A DNA stretch of 64,000 nucleotides, taken from Okamejei kenojei. Taxonomy: Eukaryota. The notes under the pieces were generated by a model. It was given only the letters and a program-made list of their open reading frames with translations. It was not told where the DNA came from and searched no databases. Each line of letters starts with the position of its first letter. Positions within the stretch are counted from its first letter, which is position 1. Position numbers and translations under genes: made by a program. The DNA is taken from contig CM069132.1 in NCBI GenBank assembly GCA_035221665.1, positions 117,738,001 to 117,802,000 of the forward strand, read 5' to 3'. Shown here piece after piece: positions 37,225-50,785 of the stretch.

Positions 37225-37655
37225 GGAAGAGAAAACAGGTCCTTCAGCCCACCGAGTCAATGCCAACCAGCGATCACCCAGTACACTAACACTATCGTAC
37301 ATGAATGGGACTATTTTACAACTAACTGAAGCCAATTTACTACAAACCTGTAGTATGGGAGGAAACCAGAGCACCCAGAAAAAACCCACGCCGTCACAGG
37401 GATAATAGACAATAGGTGCAGGAGCAGGCCATTCAGCAAGGAGCCAGCACCGCCTCGAGCCAGCACCGCCATTCAATGTGATCATGGCTGATCATCCACA
37501 ATCAGTACCCTGTTCCTGCCTTCTCCCCATATCCCTTGACTCCGCTATCTTTATGGACAATGTACAAACTCTATACAGATAGCATCCTTAGTCAGGATTG
37601 AACCAGGGGCTCTTGCACTGTAAGGCAGCAACTCTACCGCTGCTCCACTGTGGTT
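37225..37655 (-). mobile_element. HE1-type V-SINE interrupted by a CR1 tail (~37403-37552)
   Basis: The SINE core resumes at tgtacaaactc after the CR1 3' UTR piece. Confidence 0.75.
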
Positions 37656-38663
37656 GCCGTTCCTACGTTGGTCTCATCAGTTACCTTAAAGCCCACAAAA
37701 CTGGAAAAAAGCAAGTCATCCTCGAATCCAAGGAAAATTCAGAAGGAGAAGAATAGATTCAAGTACATATACTAACTGAATCACTGGAAGTGGCAACTCA
37801 AGCTCATCGTGCATGTGGATACTATAAGGTCAGGGTATAAGCTGCATGAGTATTATTGAAGAGTTAGTAACAAAGGGCTGTACAACTGATGAAATCTTTT
37901 GCTTGTCTTAAGATGGATGCTATAGAATATATGAGGAACACAGGAAGTTGAAGAATTTTCTCGTTTTTAGGAATAATTTCATAAGGAGTTCAAAATCTGA
38001 AAGGTTTTTGTGAGAGTACATAAAGATAAGCTCTTTAGAGAATTGCCACAGAAGAATGTGGAGGCCGTCAGTGGATATTTTTAAGGAAGAGGTAGATAGA
38101 TTCTTGATTAGTACAGGTGTCAGAGGTTATGGGGAGAAGGCATGAGAATGGGGTTTGGAGGGAGAGATAGATCCGCCATGATTGAATGGTGGAAGACTTG
38201 ATGGGCCGAATGGTCTAATTCTATTCCTATCACTTATGGCCTTATGACCTCTCCACTGACAGGAGATAAACTAATCAGAAGACACAAAATCTAAGGTATG
38301 GGTCCCATGATATGTAGCAAGCACACTTGTGCATTTGTCATTTGTTCACCATATGCGAATATAAATTTAATTCAAATGATTCCCTGGAAAGAATCTAGTA
38401 TCTCAAATCTAGTTAAAATAAAATTGGTGTGATTGATGATAAACAGATTGATCCAGAATTAGATCTGGATTTCTTTAAATATAGATCATTTGTATTTAGT
38501 GAACATCTGATCGAAACTGCCTGACATTGCTATCATCTGTGAACACTGTGAACAACTCTCACAGATGGAATGTGGAGTCTTCTGGCTGCTTCAATCAACT
38601 GTTCCTGGCACATTCAAAATGCGCGAACATCACACAACTTCTGACGTAAATAACTCTTCGACC

Positions 38664-38948
38664 TTTAGTTTAGTTTAATTTAGAAATCCTTTGACCGACA
38701 AAGTCCACACCGACCAGCAATCACCTGTACATTAATTCTATTCTACACACTAGGAACAGTTTACAGAAGCCAATCAAACTACAAACCTGCACATCTTTGG
38801 AGTGTGGGAGGAAGCCGGAGCACCCGGAGAAAACCCATGCGGTCACAGGCAGAAAGTACAAACTCTGTACAGACAGCACCCATAGTCAGGATCGAACCCG
38901 GGTCCCTGGGGTTGTAAGATAGCAACTCTACTGCTGTACCACTGTGTC
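38664..38948 (-). mobile_element. HE1-type V-SINE
   Basis: (TTTAG)n tail, intact V-domain, ggatcgaacccggg B-box. Confidence 0.9.
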
Positions 38949-40520
38949 GACGCTATTGATTTGTCAAAAAATACCCTGGATGATGTAAGTGATGGGGACC
39001 GCAATTGACAAGAGAAATCAGAAGATGAAGTGATGTTCTAGCCTATATTGTTTGAAATTTATTGTCACTGTATGACTCTAAAGAGAAATGGAATCGGATT
39101 CAATAATAATGGGAAAATAACAATGCAGAGCAATGGGGAGAAAATAGAGGAGGGGGGCTAATAGGTCATCTTTTTAAAAGTGTCTGCAGTGAACTCTTTG
39201 TACAGTGCTGATCTATGGAATAAACTGTTTAGGAAAGAACTGCAGATGCTGGAACAATCTAAGGTAGACAAAAATGCTGGAGAAACTCAGCGGGTGAGGC
39301 AGCATCTATGGAGGAGAGGATGTTGCTAAACTGTCTTTGGAGAGAGGAGGAGAACTTCTTCAAAGTAGACATACCTTAAGGGGATTTTGCAGTGGAGTAA
39401 ACAAAATGTTTAAGAAAGAATTGCATATGCTGGAAAATTCGGAGGTAGACAAAAATGTTGGAGAAACTCAACGGGTTTCCATATGGGTGAAATTGCTCAA
39501 GGAAAGTATGCAAGAGCTAAGTCAATGTAATGATAATTTGATGGAGCAAGGTGGTGGAAAAGTGGAAACAAGGAAGCTGTTTAACCCTAAACCTTGATTT
39601 CTCTCAAGATCAAGAAAGTACCATCTCAGCCTTGAATGTGTACTTGAAACACAGTTCATTTATATATTTATGTTGCAGATGTTATTTTTACCATGCTAGC
39701 ATTGATGAAAAACAGTACTGTTGCAAAAGGATGGGAGCAATTTTTTTTCAGAGATCAGCGCTCGAGATAGTGACCTGCTCTGCCAGATTTTCTAAGCATC
39801 TATTAAAAAACAATCAGTGAGTTTGGCGCACAGTGTTTTCCTGCTCTGTGTTGTCAAGATGCACAGCCCTACTGTCTTTTTGTATTGAAATAAAAGATTG
39901 TTGCAATGGAGGTTGCAGGAAAAACACTAAACATTGTCCAACTGGGTTACGCTGGGAGCTGACGGGAACAAGATTGACACAGTGCTCCAGTAAGAAGGCA
40001 GAAGACACCCGGGATCCGCCGTGCGGCTGCGGAAGGTCCCCGGAATGAGCCACGGAGCCGGGAATATGCCATGTGCCTCCTATCCAGGAGCCCCAGTAGC
40101 CGGATGAAGGTTGACCCAGTGGGCCGCCTGTGGCCACAAGCGGCTGCAGACCTGGCTCGCCGCTGTGAAGAAAGACTCTGCGGGTTGCGGCCTGTGGGGA
40201 GTATGCTCGGAAGCCGCCGAGCTCTGCCCCGAAAACCGGAGAGTGGAAGAGGAGGGAGATGCTGGTGAGAGGAGCGGGCCGGTAGGAGAGGGTCAAGGAA
40301 GGATTGCCATCAAGGTCAGCTGCAGGAGGCACCCCCTGATCACAGAGGCATTTGGGCGAGTAGAGGGACGTTGGATTCACAGGCCAAGCAGATTCAGGGC
40401 CATGCAGGAGGCCTTGAAGCAGCCTGGGTTTACCTGGATCGGGAGCCATTCCAAAACATCGAGCATGTGGACCACACTTTGGCCTTTTTGTTAATGGCAT
40501 CAAAATACGGGACTTTTGCC

Positions 40521-41602
40521 CAGTGTTGCAGTGCTAATTTTTTAGGTGCGGTAGCTGTCAAACAGGAGCGTCATTTCAGGTTTTGCTTGGTGGGGGGGGG
40601 GGGGGGGGGGGGGGGGGGAGAGGAAACTAGTCGAGGGTCAAACAAGATTATAGCCTATCAATACATCCCAGTATATAACTAGTACAATAAAACATATAAT
40701 ACTTACTTTAATAATATGACAAAATATTGCACGGTTGCATTCACTAATTATCATGAAATATAATTATCAAGCAAGTAAAGAAAAAGACAGTAATGATGTA
40801 TTTTACCAATTTACAAGTAATTACCTAGTTACCAAATGAGAAGTTTCACAGTAATTTCCTCAAAGGGTCAGGCGTAACATGTGTTTGGGTGTCTGAAGCA
40901 ACTCTTGTGGTCCTGGTGCAGGTGGGATGGTGAGGGTAGGGGGAGGTCTGTGTGGGGAAGGTGGTGAGGGAGGCTGGTCATGGGGTGGAGAGGCGGTGGG
41001 GTGTGTGTTGGGGTGCGGGGATCTATGTACTGTGGTTGGGGGTTTTTGTGGGGGGTCTCCCCGCGGACTCGGATCTCTCCCCCCATCCCCCCCCTCCCCC
41101 CGTAACGGGCAGCGCAGCTCCAGGAGCCGCCGCTACCGCACCTTCCCCATTGTTCCCCTCACAGTGTGGCGGTGGGGAATCGAACCTTCCCTCCCCTTCG
41201 CATCATATGGAAGATGCACTTGGTTGGGTGAGAAAGCGGGCATTGAATCCGCACCCAGGGCCTCCTCACCTAATTCTGTTCAGTAGTGAACGCGAGCAGC
41301 CCGCGTCTCCGGGAGGTGGAATATACAGAGTGCTGGCATCTATTTGGATGTTACAAACGGGTCTCTATGAATCGTTCTTATCACGACAAAGTATCAGGTT
41401 ACGCTCTATTGGCATTGAACCAGCTCAGATATTAATTTACCTAGTGATCACGGTAACATTTCACAACCATTGTGTTAATGAACAGATAATCAGTGTTAAA
41501 ATCCGCTGTTAGATTCCCCACTGGTTAAAATTCCCTGCTGTTTATTTTGGCTTTTTTTTTACAGAGGTGCCGGAGTGGCGCTCCGGCAGCACTGCACCCC
41601 TG
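40521..41602. mobile_element. Non-autonomous hAT-like element (1082 bp)
   Basis: TIRs cagtgttgcagtgct / agcactgcacccctg (13/15 match). 8-bp TSD cttttgcc (40513-40520) / cttgtgcc (41603-41610), 7/8 match. Confidence 0.8.
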
Positions 41603-41969
41603 CTTGTGCCTATGCAAAAAGGAATTTCACTGTGCAGTGCACACGTGACAATAAAGCACCATTGAACCCTCCTGCTTATTTTGTTCTGAACATTTATCCT
41701 CAGCCCTATACTTTTGAGGTATTGATGAAAATATATTTTCAGTGTTGTAGCTTCAATTGGCATTGAACCAGCTCAGATATTAATTTACCTAGTGATCACG
41801 GTAACATTTCACAACCATTGTGTTACACAACCTCAGCAGAAGGTAATTTAAGCTATAATATTGTACTGCTTAAGTTACAGTGTTAACCTAAGTTTGTTTT
41901 CTAAAACAATCAGTATTAACTTAAGCTAAAGTGTATTAGAGCTTACTGTATAGCTATTTGTGAGTGTAA

Positions 41970-42177
41970 AGGGTCTGTCCCACTTTCAAGACCTAATTCA
42001 CGACCTCTGCCGAATTTGCCCTTGACTCACACTCGCAGCATGGTCGTCACAAGGTCGTAATGCTAGTCGTAGGTACTCGTGGCATCAAGTAGGTCGGGGT
42101 GTTTTTTTCTAGCATGATGAAAAATGTCCACGAGTAAAAAAGGTTGTGAATTAGGTTGTGAAAGTGCGACAGGCCCT
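41970..42177. mobile_element. PIF/Harbinger-like MITE
   Basis: TIRs agggtctgtcccactttc... / ...gaaagtgcgacaggccct; 3-bp TSD TAA. Confidence 0.82.
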
Positions 42178-42882
42178 TAACCCTATAATGTAGGGTTTAC
42201 TGGGAGTGGAACCCTCATGAGGATGGTATTCTTTAAAATGTCCAAAGGAGACTGCATTCAACATTTTGTCTTTCACTTTCAATGACTTTCCAGAAACTGC
42301 TCAAAGTGTGAGGCATGAACTTCCTGAACCTCTCAAGTAAATCAGTCGGTCACAACAGTGACTGACGCATAATTATAAACTCTTGAAATGATACAATGGA
42401 ATGTTAGTATCCGGGTTATTGAAATGCGGATATTTAACTAAATCACAAGTCATTAATATCAAGGATGATCAGATTATCAATTTTATGGAGACTCAAGAAA
42501 CTGCAGATGCTGGAATCTAGAGCAAAAGATAAGGTGCTGGAGGCACTCAACGGGTAAGGCAAGATTTTAGGTCTGAACCCTTTTTCCTGATGATGCATGA
42601 TCCACTGGTTTCGTCCCGCACTTTGCCTTTTGCTCAGTTTATCAATTTTATGGTTTCACAATTTAGCAATTTTTTAATACTTGCTGCAGAAGAAACTGTT
42701 GTTTGCTGGAAATTACCTTGTTTCCAAAACGACCATGTTCTCACCGTTGTAGGAACTAGAATTCACAACGAGGGAGAATTATGAAAGCTTCTGACCTTCC
42801 GCTGATTAGTGACTTCCTGCTCTCTCCACATTGGTTGGTCTTTGCTCCTCTTCTCAAGAAAGAGATTATAGAGTTCCCTCCA

Positions 42883-42970
42883 TGCTGAAGAAGGGTCTCG
42901 ACCCGAAACGTCGCCTATCTCCTTCGCTCCTTAGATGCTGCTGCACCCGCTGAGTTTCTCCAGCTTTTTG
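42883..42970 (+). mobile_element. 88-bp Penelope-derived hammerhead-like module flanked by a 34-bp direct repeat
   Basis: tcttctcaagaaagagattatagagttccctcca at 42849-42882 and 42971-43004. CTGAAGA...GAAACGTC starts at 42885. Confidence 0.88.
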
Positions 42971-45317
42971 TCTTCTCAAGAAAGAGATTATAGAGTTCCC
43001 TCCAGGCCACAATATGATTTGGTTGCCAAAGTTAGATGGAATTTTAAACTCTAAATACTCAATTGTATGGACAAATATTGAAGTTGTTAGGCATATGTAT
43101 AGATGGATATTATTGAACACCTAATGCACCTTGATGGACCCTCTAGTCTTATTAGAAAGGTGGGAGTGTGGAAACAAAGTGGAATCTGGTCTGTGATTAT
43201 ATCATCAGGCCAGATACAGGGGCTTATGAATACTTCAGAGTTTTCTTGTAAATAATGGTGACTTCGTAAACATTGTACAGAACTTTCCCTCTGTAAATTC
43301 AATACATAGGGAGAGCCCGTTGTTTGGTCGAGAATTATGTGGAAGGATTGGGCTTGATATTTGACCATTTCTTGTTCTACTTCATCTAAGCATTAAATGT
43401 ATTGTTTGTCTGAACATTCCCGAGTTTGTTTGCAGATCATTCCCTCGGGAATTGTTACTTTCAATCAATAACATTTTATTTGTGTATGTGAACAATTTGT
43501 GTTGCATCATCTGGCCCTCTTGGCCGCAGATCCTTTTACAGCCTTTGTTGGGAACAGGGATGAAAGAGACAAATCTCTGAGATGATGTTCGTTAATGACT
43601 TGAAGTCAATGGAAATCCAGGAAAAAACTCCATCGGTTGATCCTGACTAGCACAAAGGCTGTGGTTGCTGTAGAGACAATTCTTTCTGCCGCAGGTTCTC
43701 TCTGGAGGATAGACACAAAGTGCTGGAGTAACTCAGCAGGTCAGGCAGCATCTCTGGGTAAAAGGAATAGGTGACGTTTCGGGTTGAGACCCCTCAGTGA
43801 GAGAGGGTGTTGCTGGAGTTCCTCAATCCTAGGCCAAGCTGCTTCATCTTGACCTTTCAAGAGTGAAGAATTGTGGAGGAAACAAACGTGGCTGTGGTAG
43901 TGAGTCCAGGTCAAAACATGGTTGTAGAGTTGGAAAGCAGGAATCAGAGACAGGGAGCAGCGATACTTGCCTCCAGTGACACTTGGCACTAGACCGAAAG
44001 AACTCCTATCTATATTCTTCAGGGATGCTGCCTGACCTGCTGAGTTACTCCAGCGCTTTGTGCCCTTTTGTGTTTTAACCAGCTTCGTTGTTTCTAGATA
44101 ATGAAGTAGCCTTAGCTGCACTAAGGCTACGGACCTTGAAAAATGAGGACATAAGAAAGGCATATCTCCTTAGATTAAATTCAGACCTAATATTTTCGGA
44201 GACTTGAGACTTGAACGTTGCAGGATGGTTGCAATGGAAGATGTTCGAATTTGCCGACTATTTCTGCGCTGTTTCTCACTTTTGCTTTTGTATGATTGTA
44301 GCCACATATCGTAAGATTTGGCTGGAGAGCACACAAAACAGGCCTTTCACTGTGTGTCGCATGTGACAATTATAAACTAAACTAGATTAAACTTCCACTA
44401 CCAAACCCTGCCACACAGCATTCATTCAATACAAGTCCCAGGCAATGATTGTTACCAACATAAGAAAGTCAAACCACTTCCTCAAGACATTTCTTTTAAC
44501 ATCCACTGAACCAAAATGTAATAGGTTCAGTTAATATTAAAGCAGATAGGTGGCTGGATATATTGAAATCACTGCCTTTTCTACTGACTCTCCATAACTG
44601 AGGGAACATAGTAGGGATGCACTATTAATTACATGGAGCATGAGGAAATAGGTAGGATTGGGCACAACTTGATATTACCCACTGTTAAGCAGCCACAATC
44701 TAAATATATCGATGATATATTTTATTTTGCTAACCTTCAAATAGCTATTTCAATTTCGTATTGTGAATAAAATAAATTATTACCACTCAGTAATGGAAAT
44801 AACCTGAGCATACAAATAACAGCGGGCAAAAACATGGAAACTCACATAAACATCTCCAACCTAATTCAGCTAAGTGTCTTACATCTTACAGTGTTCTCTT
44901 GTATTTTAAAATTATTTGTCTCCTGCAAAAGCCCCAAAGTTACTAATATCTTTGCAATTCTCCTTCTCAGTGTCAATCTAACTTCCATTTTAATAAGACA
45001 AAAATGTGTAAGAACTCATGTACCCTCAATACCAAATGCAGTTGAAAGTACTGCCATCTCCTATATAACATTTCCAGCTTTGGTATTTTGCCAGTGCATA
45101 TGATGAAAAATAATTCTATTGATGAATATAAACAGGATATTCAGCAGTGAAGTCCATAATCGCCAAGGTGGATTATTTAGATGGTTAGGTTTTTAAACAA
45201 GGGATGTAGGCAGCAATGCTCAAATAAAACTGTGACAAAGTCAGAGATTTTTATCTTGAGATGAACATAAGCAATCTGTGCAAATGGATTAATGGTGTGA
45301 ACCATCTTCATCATCTC

Positions 45318-46222
45318 GGCATGGTGGCGCAATGGTAAAGTTGCTGCCTCACAGCTCCAGAGACCCGGGTTCGATCCTGACCTCGGGTGATGTCTGAGCG
45401 GAGTATGCATATTCTCGCTGTGACTGAATGGGATTCCTCCCACATCCCAAAGATATATGGGTTTGTAGATTAATTGTAGATTATAATCACCCTGAGTATG
45501 TATGGGATAACTAGTGTGAATGGGTTATTAATGGTTGGCGTGAACTCGGTGAGCCAAAGGGCCTGTTTCCATGCCGTATCTCTAAACTAAACTGAAAACT
45601 CAACAAACTTTGAGTCTGGCAAGCTGATATTATCAGCATATTATTTCCAATTTCTAACAATTGAGCCATTCCTAAAACATTATCATTCAGTCAGTGATAA
45701 AAAAGAAACTGCTGGAAACATTGGTGGCACCGTAGCACAGCTAGTAGAACTACTGTCTACAGAGACCCAGGAGCAATCCTGACCTCAGGTGCTGCCTGTG
45801 TGGAGTTTGCCCATTGTCTCTGTGACCACACAGGTCTCCCCCTGATGCTACAGCTTCCACCCACTTCCTCAATATGTAGGTTGGTAGGTTAACTGGCCAC
45901 TATAAATTGTTCCTAGTGTACAGGTGAGTGTTTAGTTTAATTTAGAGATATAGTATGGAAACAAGCCCTATGGCCCATCGAGTACACGCGACTATGATCA
46001 CCCATAGACCAGTTCTATCCTAGACACTAGGGACAATACCCAGAAGCCAATTAACATACAAACTTGCACATCTTTGGAATGTGGGAGGAAACTGGAGTAC
46101 ACGGAGAAAACCCTCACATTCACAGGGAGAACGTACAAACTCCGTACAGACAGCACCCTTAGTCAGGATCAAATCCAGGTCTCTGGCGCAGTAAAGCAGC
46201 AACTGTGCCGCTGGGCCACCCT
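45318..46222. mobile_element. Cluster of three HE1-type SINEs (+45318-45592, +45725-45930, -45931-46222)
   Basis: tRNA-like heads, V-domain pieces and (CTAAA)n tails. The last two copies are tail-to-tail. Confidence 0.85.
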
Positions 46223-47084
46223 GTTGAATCTGGGAGGATGTGAATTTAAGCTTGGTGTGGACTTGTTAGACTGAAAAGTCAAAGAAAGGTACAACACATA
46301 AACTAATTCTACTGATGTGCGCCATTTCACAGAACTCTGCCTGTGCAACAGTTATTCATGTGTGAGCCCAGGGATGAATATTAACAGGATATTCAGCAGT
46401 GACGTCCATCATAGCCATTTCCAGTCAGACCTTTCATCAAAACGACAAAAAATGTTTTAAGTTACTAAGTTAACAACAATTAAGTTAAGGTTATTCGGTC
46501 CATAATGCAACATATAATGTTTTGATAGCCATGGAAATCAAATTGATCCTGTTAAATCGTCAAAAATATTTCACTATTGAGAGAGCTTTTTCAGACATTC
46601 CAAATAACCCTAGACAGTCTTGCATAAGATCCTTTTTAAATGTACGTTTATCTGGGAATTCACCCACAGTCCTGGAATCTTATTTATTTGAGCAATCCAG
46701 GCAAGTCAAATGTAGAATTAGGGAAAGTTATGTTTACACAGTGAGCGACTGATTTAAGCTGTGAGAATGTTAAAAAAGGAACAGTTCTAACTGAGCTAAA
46801 CAATAGGATGTGCATTATTTGTGCATTGCAAGGTGATGTAGTGATTTGCACTGATGAATGCATTTGCATGGGTGCTAGTGAAGGAACACAGGCCTACACT
46901 ATCAGGCTGCTGTTGAGTTTAGGCTCGGATGCTGGCAGTCAGCCACAACTGCAAAGCTTGGAATGCTCAAAAATATTTGGCTAGAGATCGCAGTGATTTG
47001 TTTTCTCGATTAACATGGGAAACAATTGAAGATAGAAAACTAAACTGCTGTGCAGGAAGCCGTTACTGTTTCTTCTCATGTGGA

Positions 47085-47540
47085 TGTGGAGAGGATGTTT
47101 CCACCAGAGGTCATAGCCTCAGAATAAAAGGACGAACCTTTAAGGGCCTGGCCCACTTGGGCATCATTTGCGCGTCACGCAGATGGTGCGCAAAGATTTT
47201 GTACATCCCAAAATCCTGGGGCGCCGCATGCGACCTTGCGTCACTGCCTACATCACCACGCATCATGTGCGCGTCACCACGCACGCCCAAGTGGGACAGG
47301 CCCTTTAGAAAGGATGATGAGGAGGATTTTTTTAGCCAGATTGTGGTGAATCCTTGGAATTCATTGGCAAAGACTTCTGTGGAGGCTAAGTCATTGGGTA
47401 TTTATAAGGTGGAGATTAACATATACTTGATTGGTAAGGGTGTCGACGCTTATGGGTATAAGGCCGGAGAATAGGGTTGAGAGGGAAACGTAGGCATGAT
47501 TGAATGGTGGAGTAGACTTGATGGGCCAAATGGCCTGCTT
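47085..47540 (+). mobile_element. CR1 3' fragment interrupted by a MITE
   Basis: TRGHSLRIKGR...FFSQIVVNPWNSL. Confidence 0.8.
47143..47304. mobile_element. PIF/Harbinger-like MITE (162 bp)
   Basis: TIRs agggcctggcccacttgggc / gcccaagtgggacaggccct; TSD TTA at 47140-47142 and 47305-47307. Confidence 0.88.
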
Positions 47541-48039
47541 CTGCTCCTGTGACTTATGAACTAATTTACATTTACTTTTTTCTAATTTAAAGCACAAACC
47601 TTGGAAATCTATGCAACTCTTTCAAATCTGAACAGGAATAAATTCCATTATTCTGCTCACAATAATTTGATCACTTGTTTTCTTGAATAGAACATTCCCA
47701 GTGTAAACCAGCATCTGCCATTGCTTCTTACACATTCCTAATGTCTTAAATGCCCAGACTCGATCATAGTGCTTATTGGTTTGTCATCACTGATTCTAAG
47801 ACTAGTGTTTTCTCCTATTTTCCCTGGATTTCAATTTAAACTTGATCTCCTTTATGCCACACTGTGCCTAATACTATCATACTACCAACTACAGTCATTT
47901 TCACTTCACTGTTTAGTTAATCTCTTACTTCAGTGCATAAGGTAAGGCTGTGATGAGGTCTGAAGCCGAGTAGTTCTGGCAAAAACTCAAACTATGCACC
48001 AGCAAGTAGTTCCTGGCGGTGCCAGATTATAGCAATGGG

Positions 48040-48770
48040 AAATTCCACGCGACATGGCAAATGGTGGAGCCCTGGAGAGTGTTGCAGAACAGATCTAGGA
48101 ATACAGGAGCATGGTTCCCTGAAAGTGGTGAGTCAGGTGGACAACATGATGAAGGCGGTATTTGGCACATTTGCCTTTAATGGGAAAGGTATTGAGTACA
48201 AGTGGGTTCATCATATGCGGCTGTGTAAGTTGTTGGGAGACCACACCTGGAGTACTGTGTGCGGTTATGATTACCCAGCAGAAGGAAGGATGTCATTAAG
48301 TTGGTGGAAATGGTGCTATCGAGATTCATTTAGATGTTGCTTAGGGTTGCAGATTTGATTTAATTGGATGGATTGGATAGGCTAGCATTTGTTCTTTGGA
48401 ACATAGGAGGATGAGGGGTGTCATTGACGTATATGAGATTTATGAGGGGCATTGATGAAGTGAACATTCATAGTCTTTTTCTCAAGGTGGAGGATTAGAA
48501 AACAAGGGCACAAGGTTAGGGTGAGAGGGGAGATATTTAAGAGGGATGTCAAAGGGCAATGTTTTCACTCAGAGGTTCGTATCTGGAATTAGCTGCCAGA
48601 GGAAGCCATATAAGTGAATACAGTTACAATTTTGGACATATGTAGGGGTTTATAGGACTATGAGCCAAATGCTGGCAAATAGGTCTTGCCCAATGTGCCA
48701 ACTTGGACTGCATAAATGAACAAGGTGGGCCAAAGGGCATGTCTTTGTGCTGTATGACTCCATGACTCTA
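48040..48770 (+). mobile_element. Old CR1 3' relic
   Basis: DLGIQEHGSLKVVSQVD; atgactccatgactcta tail. Confidence 0.75.
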
Positions 48771-50061
48771 AGAAGTTTAATTAAAACAATTACTGTTTTG
48801 CAATTTTAATTCTACATTTGTTACATTCATTGATTGTAAGTGTCTTAGCTGCTCTAGTTGGATTTGAATTACTGTAAGTTCTCTTGATCATCTTTGCATG
48901 CCGCTTGATTTTTATTCAAATATCCATGCTAATATTTCCCAGTGTAACGACTTAATGAAGCCACTCTCATCAACAAGGCCCAAGGCCAACCTTAAAATAG
49001 GTCTCAAGACTTATTAACATGCAAAATGCAAACAGCTGGAAGGGACGTAGCAGATCAGGCAGCAGGGTGGTCGATGTTCGGATTGAGACCCAGCATCTAG
49101 TCTTGGTGCCGGCCTGAATCGCATTTCCACTTATTGCACCAAACTTTAATCAAGAATCTTAAAATTAGTGTTTTTCTTTAATTATGTAAATAAGACATCA
49201 AGTTCCATTCATAGGCAGCTTATAGAAAATGGCCTGGTCCATTATCTGCACGACAGACTGTCCGACTAAGCCTTAGGGTGGAAGATGTACATCTCATCTT
49301 GCTGGCTTTGCAGTCATAAAACACACACAATAAGGTCTTGTTTCTACTCTTGTGAGTCCAACGGGTTATAAATCCAGGCATTCGACTTGGATTACCCAGT
49401 TCAACGGTGACAACGGTTTTGCCAATAAATGATGGCTCTTCTGATGATGCCCAATACCTGTAAAGTAAACCAATTAAAAAAACAATCAAAATCTTATGGA
49501 AGCCTCACCTAGCGCATTAATAAGGCAAGTGAACTTTATCTAACACTTGACAGTGTTTAGTAGAACAAAGAACATTGAAAAGTACAGCACAGGAACACGC
49601 CCTTTGAATCACGAAGTTTGTGCCGAACATGATGCCAAGATAAACTAATCTCATCTGCCAGCATATGATCAATATCCCTCCACTCCCTGCATATTCACAT
49701 GCCTAACTAAAAGCCTCTTAACGTCCACTATCGTAGCTGCCTCCTTGACTACCCCTGGCAGAGCGTTCCAGGCACCCTGTGTGTAAAAAAAAAAGCCCCA
49801 AAACTTCTTTAAACTTTGGCCCTCTTACTTTAAAGTTATGCCCTCCAGTCTTTGATATTTCCACCATGGGAGTTATTTCTGACTATCTATCCTATCTATG
49901 CCTCTCATAGTTGTATATGTTTCTAGCAGATAATTGACATGGGGTGGGTACAATACTACAGCCACAGAGATGTTACTGGCTGTGCAGGGTGACATCAATT
50001 GGCAAGTGATGGATGATCATAACCTAAATGCACAACAATAAACTAAACTAAACTATGATCA

Positions 50062-50625
50062 ATGTTTAAGAAGGAACTGCAGATGCTGGAAAATCGAAGG
50101 TAGACAAAAATGCTGGAGGAACTCAGCGGGTGAGACAGCATCTGTGGAGCGATGTTTTGGGTCGAGACCCTTCTGCAGACTGATGTGAGGATGGGGGAGG
50201 GGGCGGGAAGAAGAAAGGAAGAGGCGGAGACAGTGGGCTGAGGGAGAGCTGAGAAGGGGAGGAGAAAGCAGGGACTACCTGAAATTAGAGAAGTCAATGT
50301 TCATACCACTGGGGTGTAAACTGTCCAAGCGAAATACGAGGTGCTGCTGTTCCAATTTATGGTGGGCCTCACTCTGGCCATGGAGGGGGCCCAGGACAGA
50401 AAGGTCAGATTCGGAATGGGAGGGGCAGTTGAAGTGCTGAGCCACCGGGAGATCAGGTTGGTTATTGCAAACCGAGCGGAGGTGTTGGGAGAAGCGATCG
50501 CCAAGCCTAGGTTTGGTCTCACCAATGTAGAGCAGCTGACACCTAGAGCAGCGGATGCAATAGATGAGGTTGGAGGAGGTGCAGGTGAACCTCTGCCGCA
50601 CCTGGAAAGACTGCTTGCGTCCTTG
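50062..50625 (-). mobile_element. Penelope-like element 3' part: GIY-YIG endonuclease plus terminal repeat
   Basis: FTCTSSNLIYCIRCSRCQLLYIGET...RFSQHL...VAQHF...GMN is a PLE GIY-YIG signature. A degenerate hammerhead-like motif follows at ~50150-50180. Confidence 0.92.
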
Positions 50626-50785
50626 AATGGAAACTATGATCAACATTGTTTGCATGTTGTAAATGGCACTGGAGATGGTCTTCATTGAGGTTGCCATTCT
50701 TTCTATTTAAAGTTTCAAAGAATGAGAATAGACACAAAAAGCTGGAGTAACTCAGCGGGACAGGCAGCATCTCTGGAGGGAAGGA

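Noticed and set aside
39814-40503. 229-aa minus-strand ORF and overlapping GC-rich ORFs
   Set aside because: No recognisable domain. With the hAT element removed, the sequence runs into a LINE-type tail (41611-41670), so it is likely a non-autonomous repeat body.
24950-40618. Poly-G/poly-C tracts (24950, 27140, 28228, 30300, 33826, 40593) and the Pro/Gly-rich ORFs they create
   Set aside because: Low-complexity runs, several inside repeats; their length is also prone to sequencing error.
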